The notes beneath the pieces are model-generated. The model was not told where the DNA came from. It was given only the letters and a program-made list of their open reading frames with translations, and did not search any database. The position numbers and the translations under genes were made by a program. From Camelus dromedarius (taxonomy: Eukaryota), in contig NC_087437.1 in NCBI RefSeq assembly GCF_036321535.1, forward strand, positions 76,386,001-76,450,000: a stretch of 64,000 bases of DNA, in the 5' to 3' direction. Below are positions 25,187-35,810 of this stretch, one piece after another (position 1 is the stretch's first letter; each line of letters starts with the position of its first letter).

Positions 25187-28100
25187 TTAGATTCCACATA
25201 TGAGCAATCTCATATGGTATTTTTCTTTCTCTTTCTGGCTTACTTCACTTAGAATGACATTCTCCAGGAGCATCCGTGTTGCTGCAAATGGCATTATGTT
25301 GTCGGTTTTTATGGCTGAGTAGTATTCCATTGTATAAATATACCACCTCTTCTTTATCCAGTCACCTGTTGATGGACATTTAGGCTGTTTCCATGTTTTG
25401 GCTATTGTAAATAGTGCTGCTATGAACATTGTGGTGCAGGTGTCATCCTGAAGTAGATTTCCTTCTGGATACAAGCCCAGGAGTGGGATTCCTGGGTCAT
25501 ATGGTAAGTCTATTCCTAGTCTTTTGAGGAATCTCCACACTGTTTTCCGTAGTGGCTGCACCAGACTGCATTCCCACCAGCAGTGTAGGAGGGTTCCCCT
25601 TTCTCCACAGCCTCTCCAGCATTTGTCATTTGTGGATTTTTGAATGACGGCCATTCTGACTGGTGTGAGGTGATACCTCATTGTAGTTTTGATTTGCATT
25701 TCTCTGATAATTAGTGATATTGAGCATTTTTTCATGTGCTTTTTGATCATTTGTATGTCTTCCTTGGAGAATTGCTTGTTTAGGTCTTCTGCCCATTTTT
25801 GGATTGGGTTGTTTATTTTTTTCTTACTGAGTCGTATGAGCTGCTTATATATTCTGGAGATCAAGCCTTTGTCGGTTTCACTTGCAAAAATTTTCTCCCA
25901 TTCCGTAGGTTTTCTTCTTGTTTTACTTCTGGTTTCCTTTGCTGTGCAGAAGCTTGTAAGTTTCATTAGGTCCCATTTGTTTATTCTTGCTTTTATTTTT
26001 TCTAGGAGAAAATTTTTGAGATGTATGTCAGATAATGTTTTGCTTATGTTTTCCTCTAGGAGGTTTATTGTATCTTGTCTTATATTTAAGTCTTTAATCC
26101 ATTTTGAGTTGATTTTTGTATATGGTGTAAGGGAGTGTTCTAGCTTCATTGTTTTACATGCTGCTGTCCAGTTTTCCCAACACCATTTGCTGAAGAGACT
26201 GTCTTTATTCCAATGTATATTCTTGCCTCCTTTGTCAAAGATGAGTTGACCAAAAGTTTGTGGGTTCATTTCTGGGCTCTCTATTCTGTTCCATTGGTCT
26301 ATATGTCTGTTTTGGTACCAATACCATGCTGTCTTGATGACTGTAGCTCTATAGTATTGTCTGAAGTCTGGGAGAATTATTCCTCCAGCCTCTTTCTTTC
26401 TCTTCAGTAATGCTTTGGCAATTCTAGGTCTTTGATGGTTCCATATGAATTTTATTATGATTTTTTCTAGTTCTGTGAAATATGTCCTGGGTAATTGGAT
26501 AGGGATTGCATTAAATCTGTAGATTGCCTTGGGCAGTGTGACCATTTTGACAATATTGATTCTTCCAATCCAAGAGCATGGAATATCTTTCCATTTTTTA
26601 AAGTCTTCTTTAATTTCCTTCATCAATGGTTTATAGTTTTCTGTGTATAATTCTTTCACCTCCTTGGTTAGATTTATTCCCAGATATTTTATTACTTTGG
26701 GTGCTATTTTAAAGGGGATTGTTTCTTTACTTTCTTCTTCTGTTGATTTATCGTTAGTGTAAAGAAATGCAACTGATTTTTGAACATTAATTTTGTAACC
26801 TGCTACCTTGCTGAATTCTTCAATCAGCTCTAGTAGCTTTTGTGTGGACCTTTTAGGGTTTTCTATATATAGTAACATGTCATCAACATATAATGACACT
26901 TTTACCTCTTCTTTTCCAATTTGGATCCTTTTTATTTCTTTCTCTTGCCTGACTGCTGTGGCTAGGACTTCCAGGACTATGTTGAATAGGAGTGGTGATA
27001 GTGGGCATCCTTGTCTTGTCCCAGATTTTAGTGGGAAGCTTTTGAGTTTTTCACCGTTGAGTACTATGCTGGCTGTAGGTTTGTCATATATAGCTTTTAT
27101 ATGTTGAGATATGTTCCCTCTATACCCACTTTGGCGAGAGTTTTTATCATAAATGGGTATTGAATTTTATCAAATGCTTTTTCTGCATCGATTGAGATGA
27201 TCATGTGGTTTTTGTCCTTTCTCTTGTTGATGTGATGTATTACACTGATTGATTTGCGTATGTTGAACCAGCCTTGTGTCCCTGGGATGAACCCCACTTG
27301 GTCATGATGTATAATCTTTTTTATGTGTTGTTGGATTCTATTTGCTAAAATTTTGGTGAGGATTTTGGCGTCTATGTTCATCAGTGATATTGGCCTATAA
27401 TTCTCTTTTTTTGTAGTGTCTTTGCCTGGTTTTGGTATCAGGGTGATGGTGGCTTCATAGAATGAGTTTGGGAGTATTCCCTCCTTTTCAATCGTCTGGA
27501 AGAGTTTGAGAAGGACTGGTATGAGTTCTTCTTTGTATGTTTGGTAGAATTCCCTGGTGAAGCCGTCCGGTCCTGGACTTTTATTTGTAGGGAGGCTTTT
27601 AATTGCTATTTCTATTTCCTTTCTAGTGATCGGATTGTTCAAGTGTTCAGATTCTTCTTGATTCGGTTTTGGTGGACAGTATGTTTCCAGAAACTTGTCC
27701 ATCTCCTCTAGGTTATCCAGTTTGGTTCCATATAGTTTTTCATAATATTCTCGTATGATATTCTGTATTTCTATTTTGTTTGTTGTAATTTCTCCATTTT
27801 CCTTTCTTATTTTGCTAATTTGTGCTCTCTCTTTTTTCTTCTTTGTGAGTTTGGCCAGAGGTTTGTCGATTTCATTTACTTTTTCAAAAAACCAGCTTTT
27901 GGTTTGGTTGATTTTTTCTATGGTCTTGTTAATCTCTATTAATTCCTCTCTGATCTTTATTATTTCCTTCCTTCTGCTGCTACTTTTTGGGGCTTTTTGT
28001 TCTTCTTTTTCTAATTCATTCAGGTGGTGGGTTAAATTGTTTATTTGAGATTGTTCTTCTTTTTTGAGGAAGGCCTGTATCGCTATAAATTTCCCTCTTA

Positions 28101-28980
28101 GCACTGCCTTTGCTGTGTCCCATAGGTTTTGAGTGGTTGTGCTTTCATTATCATTTGTCTCAAGGTACTTTTTAATTTCAGCTTTGATTTCCTCATTGAT
28201 CCATTGTTTTTTCAATAACATATTGTTTAATCTCCATGCTTTCCTTTTTTTCTCCTTTGTTTCTCTGTTGTTGATTTCCAGTTTCATGGCATTGTGGTCA
28301 ATAAAGATGCTTGAGATAATTTCTATCTTCTTAAAATTGTTGAGGTTTCTTTTGTGCCCAAGTACATGATCGATCCTGGAAAATGTTCCATGTGCACTTG
28401 AAAAGAATGTATATCCTATTTTTGGGGGGTGTAATGCTCTGAAAATATCCACCAAATCTAGTTTTTCTATTGTAGTATTTAATTTCTCTGTTGCCTTGTT
28501 TATTTTCTGTCTGGAAGATCTGTCTAGTGATGTTAATGCAGTGTTAAAGTCTCCAACTATGATTGTATTCCCATCAATATACCCCTTTATCTCTGTTAGT
28601 AATTCTTGTATGTACTTAGGTGCTCCTATATTGGGTGCATATATATTAACGAGTGTAATATCCTCATCTTGTATCACTCCTTTAATCATTATAAAATGTC
28701 CTTCTTTATCTTTCTTTATGGCCTTTGTTTTAAAGTCTATTTTGTCTGAAATCAGTACTGCAACACCTGCTTTTTTGGCTTTTCCATTTGCATGGAATAT
28801 CCTTTTCCATCCTTTCACTCTCAATCTATATGTGTCCTTCTCCCTAAAGTGGGTCTCTTGTATGCAGCATATTGAAGGTTCTTGCTTTATTATCCAGTCT
28901 GCCACTCTGTGTCTTTTGACTGGAGCATTTAGTCCATTAACATTTACACTAATTAATGATAGATGTGTGTTTATTGCCAT
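25187..28980 (-). CDS. ORF2: L1 ORF2p (APE endonuclease, reverse transcriptase, C-terminal CCHC), one -1 frameshift near 27100
   Basis: ORF-track pieces 27097-28980 and 25187-26899. Endonuclease motifs NVNGLN, QETH, GDFN, SRIDH, IDH; PIP-like KSWFFEK; RT motifs SPGPDGF, YRPISL, DAEKAFD, QGCPLSP (read manually across the gap), [25 protein letters not shown]. Restoring one A in AAC ATA (A)TA AAA GCT gives a continuous 1264-aa frame. Confidence 0.96.
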
Positions 28981-29198
28981 TTTGAACTTAACTTTGCAGT
29001 TGAATTGGTATTTCCTCTTTGTTCCTTTCTTCTTCCTTTTGTGGTTTGGTAGTTTTCCTTTGTATTATCATGGATTTTATTTAATTTTTGTGACTCCTTT
29101 GTAAATTTTTGGCTTGTGGTTACCCTTTTTTGTAAATCTATCAACCCATTACTATAACTGTTTTTATTAAACTGATAGTAACATGATCTTAAACCCAT
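28971..29198 (-). CDS. Putative 75-aa basic ORF in the L1 inter-ORF spacer, ending across the ORF2 start
   Basis: Real ATG at 29198-29196 in context AGGATGG (A at -3, G at +4). Open for 75 codons and ends AAA TGG CAA TAA across the ORF2 ATG (28980-28978). Translation is unproven. Confidence 0.4.
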   Translation of the reverse strand: MGLRSCYYQFNKNSYSNGLIDLQKRVTTSQKFTKESQKLNKIHDNTKENYQTTKGRRKEQRGNTNSTAKLSSKWQ

Positions 29199-29384
29199 CC
29201 TACTGTTAAAAAAATTTAAAAAAGAAAGAAAAAAATATTCTATATTTCCCTGCCTCCCTCTCCCACTCTCAGTGATTTGTATGTCTTCTTTTATAATTTC
29301 ATGTTTACTTTATTTGTAATTCATGAGTTATCACCTTTCCAGTTGTGTGTTTCTCATTTCTGTAGCATCCTGCTGCTTTTCTAT

Positions 29385-30280
29385 TTAGAATAACCCTTTC
29401 AATATTTCTTTTAGCATGGGTTTAGTGTTGCTAAACTCCTGCAGCTTTTTTTTGTCTGTGAAACTCTTTATTTCTCCTTCTATCCTAAAGGATAGCCTTG
29501 CTGGATAAAGGATCCTAGGCTGCATCTTTTTTTCATTCAGGGCTTTGAATATATCTTGCCACTCCCTTCTGGCCTGTAGTGTTTGTGTAGAGAAATCAGC
29601 TGAGAGCCTTATGGGGGTTCCCTTGTAACTTACTCTTTGCTTTTCTCTTGCTGCCTTTAGAATCATTTCTTTATCCTTGACTCTGGCCATCTTGATTATA
29701 TGTCTTGGTGTGGGTCTATTTGGGTTCTTCCTGTTTGGGACCCTCTGAGCTTCCTGTACTCGGATATCTGATTCCTTCTTTAAGTTTGGGAAGTTTTCAG
29801 TCATGATTTCTTCGAAAACCTTTTCAATCCCCTTTGATCTTTCTTCTCCTTCTGGGACCCCTATTATGCGAAGATTGGGACGCTTTATATTATCCCATAG
29901 GTCCCTTATGCTATTTTCATTATTTTTTATTTGCTTCTCTTGTAGTTCTTCTGAATGGGTTCTATTGCCCTGTCTTCTAGATCACTAATTCGTTCCTCTG
30001 CATTATCTAGTCGGCTTTGCACAGCTATTAGATCATTCCTCATCTCTGTCAATGAGTTTACCCATTCTACTTGGCTCTTCTTTATAGCTTCAATTTCATT
30101 TTTGACATATTTTATCTCTCTAAACACTATCTCTTTTAATTCCTTCAGCAATTCGATCACTCCTTTTTTGAAATCTTGATCTAGTAGGCTATCGATGTCT
30201 ATTTCGTTGATCTTTCTTTCAGGGGATTTCTCTTGTTCTTTTAATTGGGAAAGGTTTTTCTGCTTCTTCATCTTGCTCAT
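29385..30280 (-). CDS. ORF1: L1 ORF1p (coiled coil, RRM, CTD), one frameshift near 29960
   Basis: ORF-track pieces 29927-30280 (MSKMKKQK... heptads, RISDLEDR) and 29385-29804 (ENFPNL, ILKAAREK, IRLSADFS, ARREW, YPARLSF). The gap reads THSEELQEKQIKNNENSIRDLWDNIKRPNLRIIGVPEGEE after a shift at ATA GA^ACC CAT. Confidence 0.95.
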
Positions 30281-31058
30281 ACCTCTTTGGCACTGTGGTT
30301 TATGGAGTATCAGTTGTTTATTTTGGTCCTTAAGGATTTTATCTATCTGATGCCTATTTAGGAATAGAACTTAGGAAAAAAAGAAAAAAAATAAGAGAGA
30401 GAGAGAAAGAATTTTAAAAGAAGGGAGAAAGGGTTTGAAAACAGTGTATAATGAATAATAGAAGAGTGAGTTGAAGCAGAGTATTAATCGGGTTGAGACG
30501 TCCTTTTGAAACCTTTACAAAAAAGGGGGGGGGGGAGATGAATAGATGTATTTGAAACCTGTGTCTAATCAATAGCAGGACATCAAAACCCAAGAGAAAT
30601 AGAAATGAATTAAGAAGTAAAGATTAAGAGAGTAATAGAAAATAGAACAGGTAAAAACAGATTTAAAAAAAAAAGGGGGGGGGGTTTGTCGGTGTTCTCC
30701 TGGATTCTGTGTGCTTTTAATGTGAAGTCTTTCTGTCTTCGTCCTGTTTTGGAAGCTCAGCTTGCTGTTTTCAGAGGCCTTCCGTTGGCGCCCTCTTCTG
30801 TGCTGCTCCCAGCACCTGTCGGCAAGCAGATCGCGCCTCCTCCTAACACTGGGTCAGGTGCAGCTCTCTGCTGTGGACGGGCGGGTCGCTGCCCCTCCGG
30901 ATGCCGCAGTCAGATGTTGCAGACTGGCCGGGTAGGAGGGCGGGTCGTGCCCCCTCCCAGCACCTCGGTCAGGGGCTGTGTTCCTGCCCGAAAGGCGGGG
31001 GGCCGCTCTCGCTCTACCTGCGCCGCCGCCGGTAGCTCCGCTGCTCTGTGCAGCTGCA

Positions 31059-31100
31059 CGCTCCGCCCTGGTCGGCGCTCCGCCCTGGTCGGCGCTCCGC
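31059..31100 (+). repeat. 17-bp tandem repeat in the L1 5' UTR (2.5 copies)
   Basis: CGCTCCGCCCTGGTCGG at 31059-31075 and 31076-31092, plus CGCTCCGC. Each unit has a CCGCCC GC box. Confidence 0.9.
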
Positions 31101-31951
31101 GGGTGGGCTCGGGGAAGACCGAGGGACAGCCGTGTCCCTGCTCCGAGCCAGAACCCAGCTCCTTGTTTGTCTTTGTGGAGCAAGTTCTCTGAGGGACCAG
31201 GATGGAAGGATCCTATCTGCCCCGGGCTGCAGGCCAGTCTCAGTCTGGCCTTTGAGGCTGCTAATCCCTTCGCTGCGGATGCAGGTTTCGCCCCCGTCCC
31301 CGCCTGAGTGCTCAGCGCGGAGGTTATGGCGGCTGTGCCTGAGCCCCGCCTCTCTTCCCCCGAAAACTTTCCCCGGGTTTTCAGAGATGGGGGTGTGCAC
31401 CCTTCCCCCGAGAGCACATCAACCTTCCTGTTTTATGGAGGGCCCAGGTTGTTCTGCCCTGTGCACCCACAGCCACGGCGCGCAGCCCCTTGAGTTCACC
31501 CGGGGCTGCCTCCGTGCAGCCACTTCCGTCCTCCGCCCGGCTTGTGCAGCCTGGCCCTGCCCGCAGCTGCCGGCCCGCTTCTCAGGCTGGGTGTTGGGGG
31601 GACGCTCTGTGCCCGTTTAACTTAGTTCTGTTAGTCAAGGGCTGCTCTGTACAGATCCGAGCCTGGGAGGCTCCCCCTCCGTCCCGGTGGCCTCTCAGTT
31701 GGAGAGGGGAGACCCAGCGAGCGAGCGCCAGTCCTCCTTTGCCACTCCCTCCCCACGGGACCGTCCTGCGCTGCTTTGCCTTTTGTTCTTTCTTTTTTCC
31801 TTTTCTCCTACCAGATTTTTGGCGTCTTTATCTTTTGAAGAGGGCGATGTTCTGTCGGAGTTCCGCAGGTGCTCTGGTTGGCTGAGTGGGTCTGTAGATG
31901 TGGGTCTTGGTGTATTTGTGGGAGAGGGTGACCTGCGAGCGTCCTTCTACT

Positions 31952-31961
31952 CCGCCATCTT
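31952..31961 (-). promoter_or_regulatory. YY1 binding site at the L1 5' terminus
   Basis: CCGCCATCTT (AAGATGGCGG on the L1 strand) about 8 nt from the 5' end, the usual position of the YY1 site in mammalian L1s. Confidence 0.85.
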
Positions 31962-31968
31962 CTCCTTA

Positions 31969-31986
31969 CCCTTCAATTACTTTTTT
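31969..31986 (+). repeat. Right target-site duplication of the full-length L1
   Basis: CCCTTCAATTACTTTTTT followed by AAAA, identical to 24851-24868. Confidence 0.95.
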
Positions 31987-32095
31987 AAAAGAAGCCATAA
32001 GTATTTCATCTATTCTGTGTTCTTGCCTTTGGATTGTCTTGGCTGTCCCTCCCCCTTTCCCCTGCCCTATATCTTATAGAATCCCCTTGTCTCTC

Positions 32096-32712
32096 TTGGT
32101 GGCTTTGGAATGTGTCAACTTGGCTAGAATGAACAACAGTCTCTAGAATTCCCTTTCTAATGTTTCTGGTTAGGATGGGCTACAAGAGATGTCCTCCTAG
32201 GAGAGCTGAAAGGCTGCAGTTTTGTAGCTTACACCACCCTATCCCAGTTATTCATCCAAACACTAATCTAGGTTCTGCTGTGAAGGGATTGTGTCAATGT
32301 GATTAAGGTCCCTAATCAGTTGACTTTGAATTAATCAAAATGAACATTTTCCTAGGTATACTTAACTTAATCAGTTGAAAGGCCTTCAAAAGAGGGCTTA
32401 GGTCTTCCCTGAGGGAGAGACCAGAAATAGCTTCTGGGTCTGTAATTGTTCTTCCTCTCCCCTGGATCTTTTGTTCTGGTTTCCACCTATAGACAAGAAA
32501 CTTTGAACTGTGCCCATAAGCTCTAACCCTGCTTGGGAGCTTTCTTTCCTGCTTGTCCGTTCTACTGACTTCAGATTTACTTAGCTAGCCTCCATAATTG
32601 CATCAGTCAATTCCTTGTTTAGAAAACAAAACAAAACAAACAAAAACCTCTTCATGTATATGTATATATCTGCTACTGGTTTTATTCTTCTGGTTGAACC
32701 CTGATTGATGTA
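32096..32712 (+). mobile_element. MLT2-type ERVL solo LTR (old subfamily)
   Basis: atgtgtcaacttggctag...aaacactaatctagg...tgctgtgaagg...ctggttgaaccctgattgat. Confidence 0.8.
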
Positions 32713-32789
32713 CTTCCCATGTTGTAGACTGCCCCTCCCCGTCATCCTCTTTTCTTCTGTAAATATTTTACCTTTTTCATACAGTATAG

Positions 32790-33008
32790 GATAAAAATTC
32801 ATATCCTGGCTCTTTCACTTTCTAGATGTATGCGTTGAGTTACCTGGACTTCCTGAATCTCAATTCCTTCATCTATAAAATGAGAATGTTACTAGTATAT
32901 TCCTTATAGAATTGTTGTGAGGATTAAATTAGTTAGTGTGTGTAAAGCACTTAAAAATACCAAGCATACTGAAAGCCATCAATTAATATAATTGCTCTAA
33001 TTATTATT
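32790..33008 (+). mobile_element. MIR SINE
   Basis: atcctggctct...ttcatctataaaatgagaat...gttgtgaggattaaa...tgtaaagcactta. Confidence 0.8.
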
Positions 33009-34343
33009 GTCTAGAGAATTTCATTTGTTCCTTTCACACTCCCAGCACTGTGGAGAACCACAAAGAAAGCAGAAGATGATTCTTTCTCTTTAGAATTTTA
33101 TAATGTGCTTGGGAAGAGAAGACAAACATATGGCGATTTATTTTCTGAGCCAAAAACAAAAAAGACATAATAGGATGGATTGTATTTATAGAGACAGTGG
33201 ATGTAATGTGAGATGTGTAGTTCTCTGGGAGAGGGCAGATACTCAAGATTTCTGCTCTTTTCTTTCACCTCTCTTTCTTAATTTCTCCCAAGTAGAGAAA
33301 TTATTAATCTGGATAGTTATATACAAGGACTCTGATTGTGTCATGTTTACTGGTAAACCATGGTCAGTGTACATTACAAGGTTCCATGCCTGGGTCCCAT
33401 ACATGGACTCTTCCTGTTTTGCCCCTGCTTCAGAAGTAGTAAGTGGACTATTGAGATGAGCCCTGCTACTTCCTTTTTCCACAGAGTGACTCCCACATGA
33501 CAAGATCTGTTCACCTGAATTCTCTTTCTTCTTCTTTTATATACACTTAAATAGAGTTCACATTTCCAGTCTGTGTTTCATGTAGCTTGCAAGAAAGTGA
33601 TTATATCATGAGATTTGGGTTTGGAGGTTAAGGCCACTGAAAGGCAAGCTCAGGTAGCTAGAACTCTTTACAGTGGGGTTTTAGGAACAGGTCTAGCTAA
33701 CAAGAAATGGGTGTTCTGTTTTGTTTGGTTCTATCTTACTGTGTATATTCCTGAGGGCTTCTCAGGGAGAAGAGGGACATTGACCAAATTTTTCTGCCCT
33801 CAAATCCTTGAAGATATACACATAGGGTAAAATCTACCATGTAGTGTGTCATCATTATTTGTAGTTTTTGGTCTCTTTTGAAAAATTCAAGTATGCTGGG
33901 CTGTGTAGCATTTCTGTATAAATTATAGGCCTAAATGTCATCCTTCCTCCACATTCAAATTGAAACCTCCAGATTCATCACTCCATAGAAATAAAAAGCC
34001 ACTCATACCAGTACCAAAGGACACAAGTCCAGAGAGTGGAAGAGTGCTTTGAGGTCTAGGGATGTGCCCTGCTGGACTTCTGGGCAGGGTTAGAGTCTTG
34101 AGCCCATGATGACATAAGCATGTGGAAAACTAACTCTAAATTGTTCAACAAAAAAACGTTTCTAGAGGAAAATAGCAGAGAAAGGATGGTCTCTTTGGGT
34201 GATGTGATCAGAGAAAGTTTTTTGAAGGAGATGAAATTTGGACTGGGTTTTAAAGAATGTGAAAAACTTTGACAGAAAGAAGAGGAAGAGAATTTAGGCA
34301 AAGGTGATCTATAAACTCAAATTCTACTACCATCATTATTATT

Positions 34344-34720
34344 TGTCTTAGTTTGTGTATCCTTTAAAACCAAAGCCTGAGGCAGCCATTTATTTGGAAG
34401 TTGATTCCAGGAAGCAAAAATGAGGAAGTAGGTGAAAGGGAGATAGGGTAATGAGGAGAGCCAACAAGGAATATGTTAGTGAGCCTATTACCACCATAGT
34501 CAAATGGAGCTCAGTCCACTGGGGATTCTCTGAGAAAAAAATGTGGACCATGCTTCAGAATTGTTCCAACAGGGGCCAGGGAAACTGAGGCATTTATCCA
34601 CCCCGTCTCACACTCCCCATTGGTTGAGAGTTGTATGCCTAATATGTTAGTTTAAATCTGCTTGTGGCTCAGCCAGCTCTTGAGGTACTGGAGAGAGCCC
34701 TCAGAAAGAGGGCTTCAGGA
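34344..34720 (-). mobile_element. LTR33-like ERVL LTR
   Basis: tgtcttagtttg...tttatttggaagttgattccaggaagca...tggagctcagtccactgggga. Confidence 0.65.
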
Positions 34721-35225
34721 TGCAGAAAACGATCCTGATTCCTCTTTCACTTCACCAAAGCAGTTTCTCCCCCAAACTTCCCTAGTTCAATAAATGGCAC
34801 CACAATCTATCCAACTGGAAGACCCAAAACTTGAGTCATTTACTCAGCTACAACATTTATGGAGCACTTACCCTATGCCTGGTGCTCATCCAAGTGCTGA
34901 GTGCTGGCAAGTCCTATGTATATACTCTCCTCCAGAAACATCTCAAAGCAGTCCTCTTCTCTCCAAATCCATTCTATTTCTGTAATTTGGAGCATGATGG
35001 CCATTTAAAATTGTTGCCCAGTTGAGACAAAGTGTTGAATCTTTGTAATTCCTCATTGTGTAATGTCCCACAGACCACTCCCATGCCTTTCCCTCATACA
35101 ACTTTTGTTCCTGATCTTCCAGTTTTGTTCTTTCTAGACACCTGTCCAGCCAGCCAATTAATTAAACCCTGCATATGAGTCTATGTATAATCCTAGCTTC
35201 TCTTTTCACACCCTAAGTAGATGAT

Positions 35226-35744
35226 TATGATGGTTAATTTTATGTGTCATCTTGACTGGGCTAAGGGATCCCCAATATCTGCAAAAACGTAATTTCTGAG
35301 TTTGTCTGTGAGGGTGTTTCTTGAGGAGATTAGCATTTGAATCTGTATACTGAGTAAAGACAATCACCCTCGCCAGTGAGGGAGGGCATCATCCAGTCCA
35401 CTGAGGGTCTGAGTAAAACAAAAAGGCAGAGGAAGTACCAATTTGCTTTCTGTGTTTTAGCTAAGAAATTCCTCTTCTTGGACATTGGACATTGGTACTC
35501 CTAGTTCCTGGACTTTTGGACTTGGACCAGGACTTTCACCATCACCACTCCCACTCCTCTAAATTCTCAGGCCTTAAGCCTTGGGCTGAATTATGCCACC
35601 GGCTTTCCTGGTTCTTCAGCTTGCAAATGGCATATTGTGGGGCTTCTTAGCTCCACAACCATATAAGGCAATTCTTGTAATAATAAATCTCCTCTTATAT
35701 ATATTTTATTTGTTCTGTTTCTCGGGAGAACCCTGAGTAATACA
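35226..35744 (+). mobile_element. MLT2B-like ERVL solo LTR
   Basis: tgatggttaattttatgtgtca...gggcatcatccagtccactgagg...tctgtttctcgggagaaccctgagtaataca. Confidence 0.9.
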
Positions 35745-35810
35745 ATGGCAAAGTGCACCATCTGAAGCATGTCCAATGGGAAGATTTTCTCTTGTTTCTG
35801 TCTTTCAAGG

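Larger units (their letters stand above)
24863..31968 (-). mobile_element. Full-length young LINE-1 (L1) retrotransposon, ~7.1 kb, camelid-type
   Basis: T14 tail at 24863-24876, AATAAA on the minus strand at 24884-24889, ORF2, ~400-nt spacer, ORF1 and a ~1.7-kb 5' UTR. Flanked by the direct repeat CCCTTCAATTAC(TTTTTT) at 24851-24862(68) and 31969-31980(86). The empty site reads TTTT/AAAAAA on the L1 strand, matching the L1 endonuclease consensus TT/AAAA. Confidence 0.98.
30770..31968 (-). promoter_or_regulatory. L1 5' UTR CpG island / internal Pol II promoter
   Basis: GC-rich and CpG-dense, in contrast to the CpG-poor rest of the window. Several GGGCGG/CCGCCC boxes. Lies at the 5' end of the full-length L1. 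Confidence 0.85.

Noticed and set aside
25689..29104. Long hydrophobic plus-strand ORFs (186 aa, 202 aa and others)
   Set aside because: They are antisense shadows of L1 ORF2; the T-rich strand yields Phe/Leu/Ile/Ser-rich pseudo-membrane peptides.
30686..32146. Many overlapping 100-190-aa ORFs on both strands of the L1 5' UTR (possible ORF0 analogue)
   Set aside because: GC-rich DNA lacks stops. The two starts checked are TTG (30686) and GTG (31417) rather than ATG, and the peptides show no recognisable domain.
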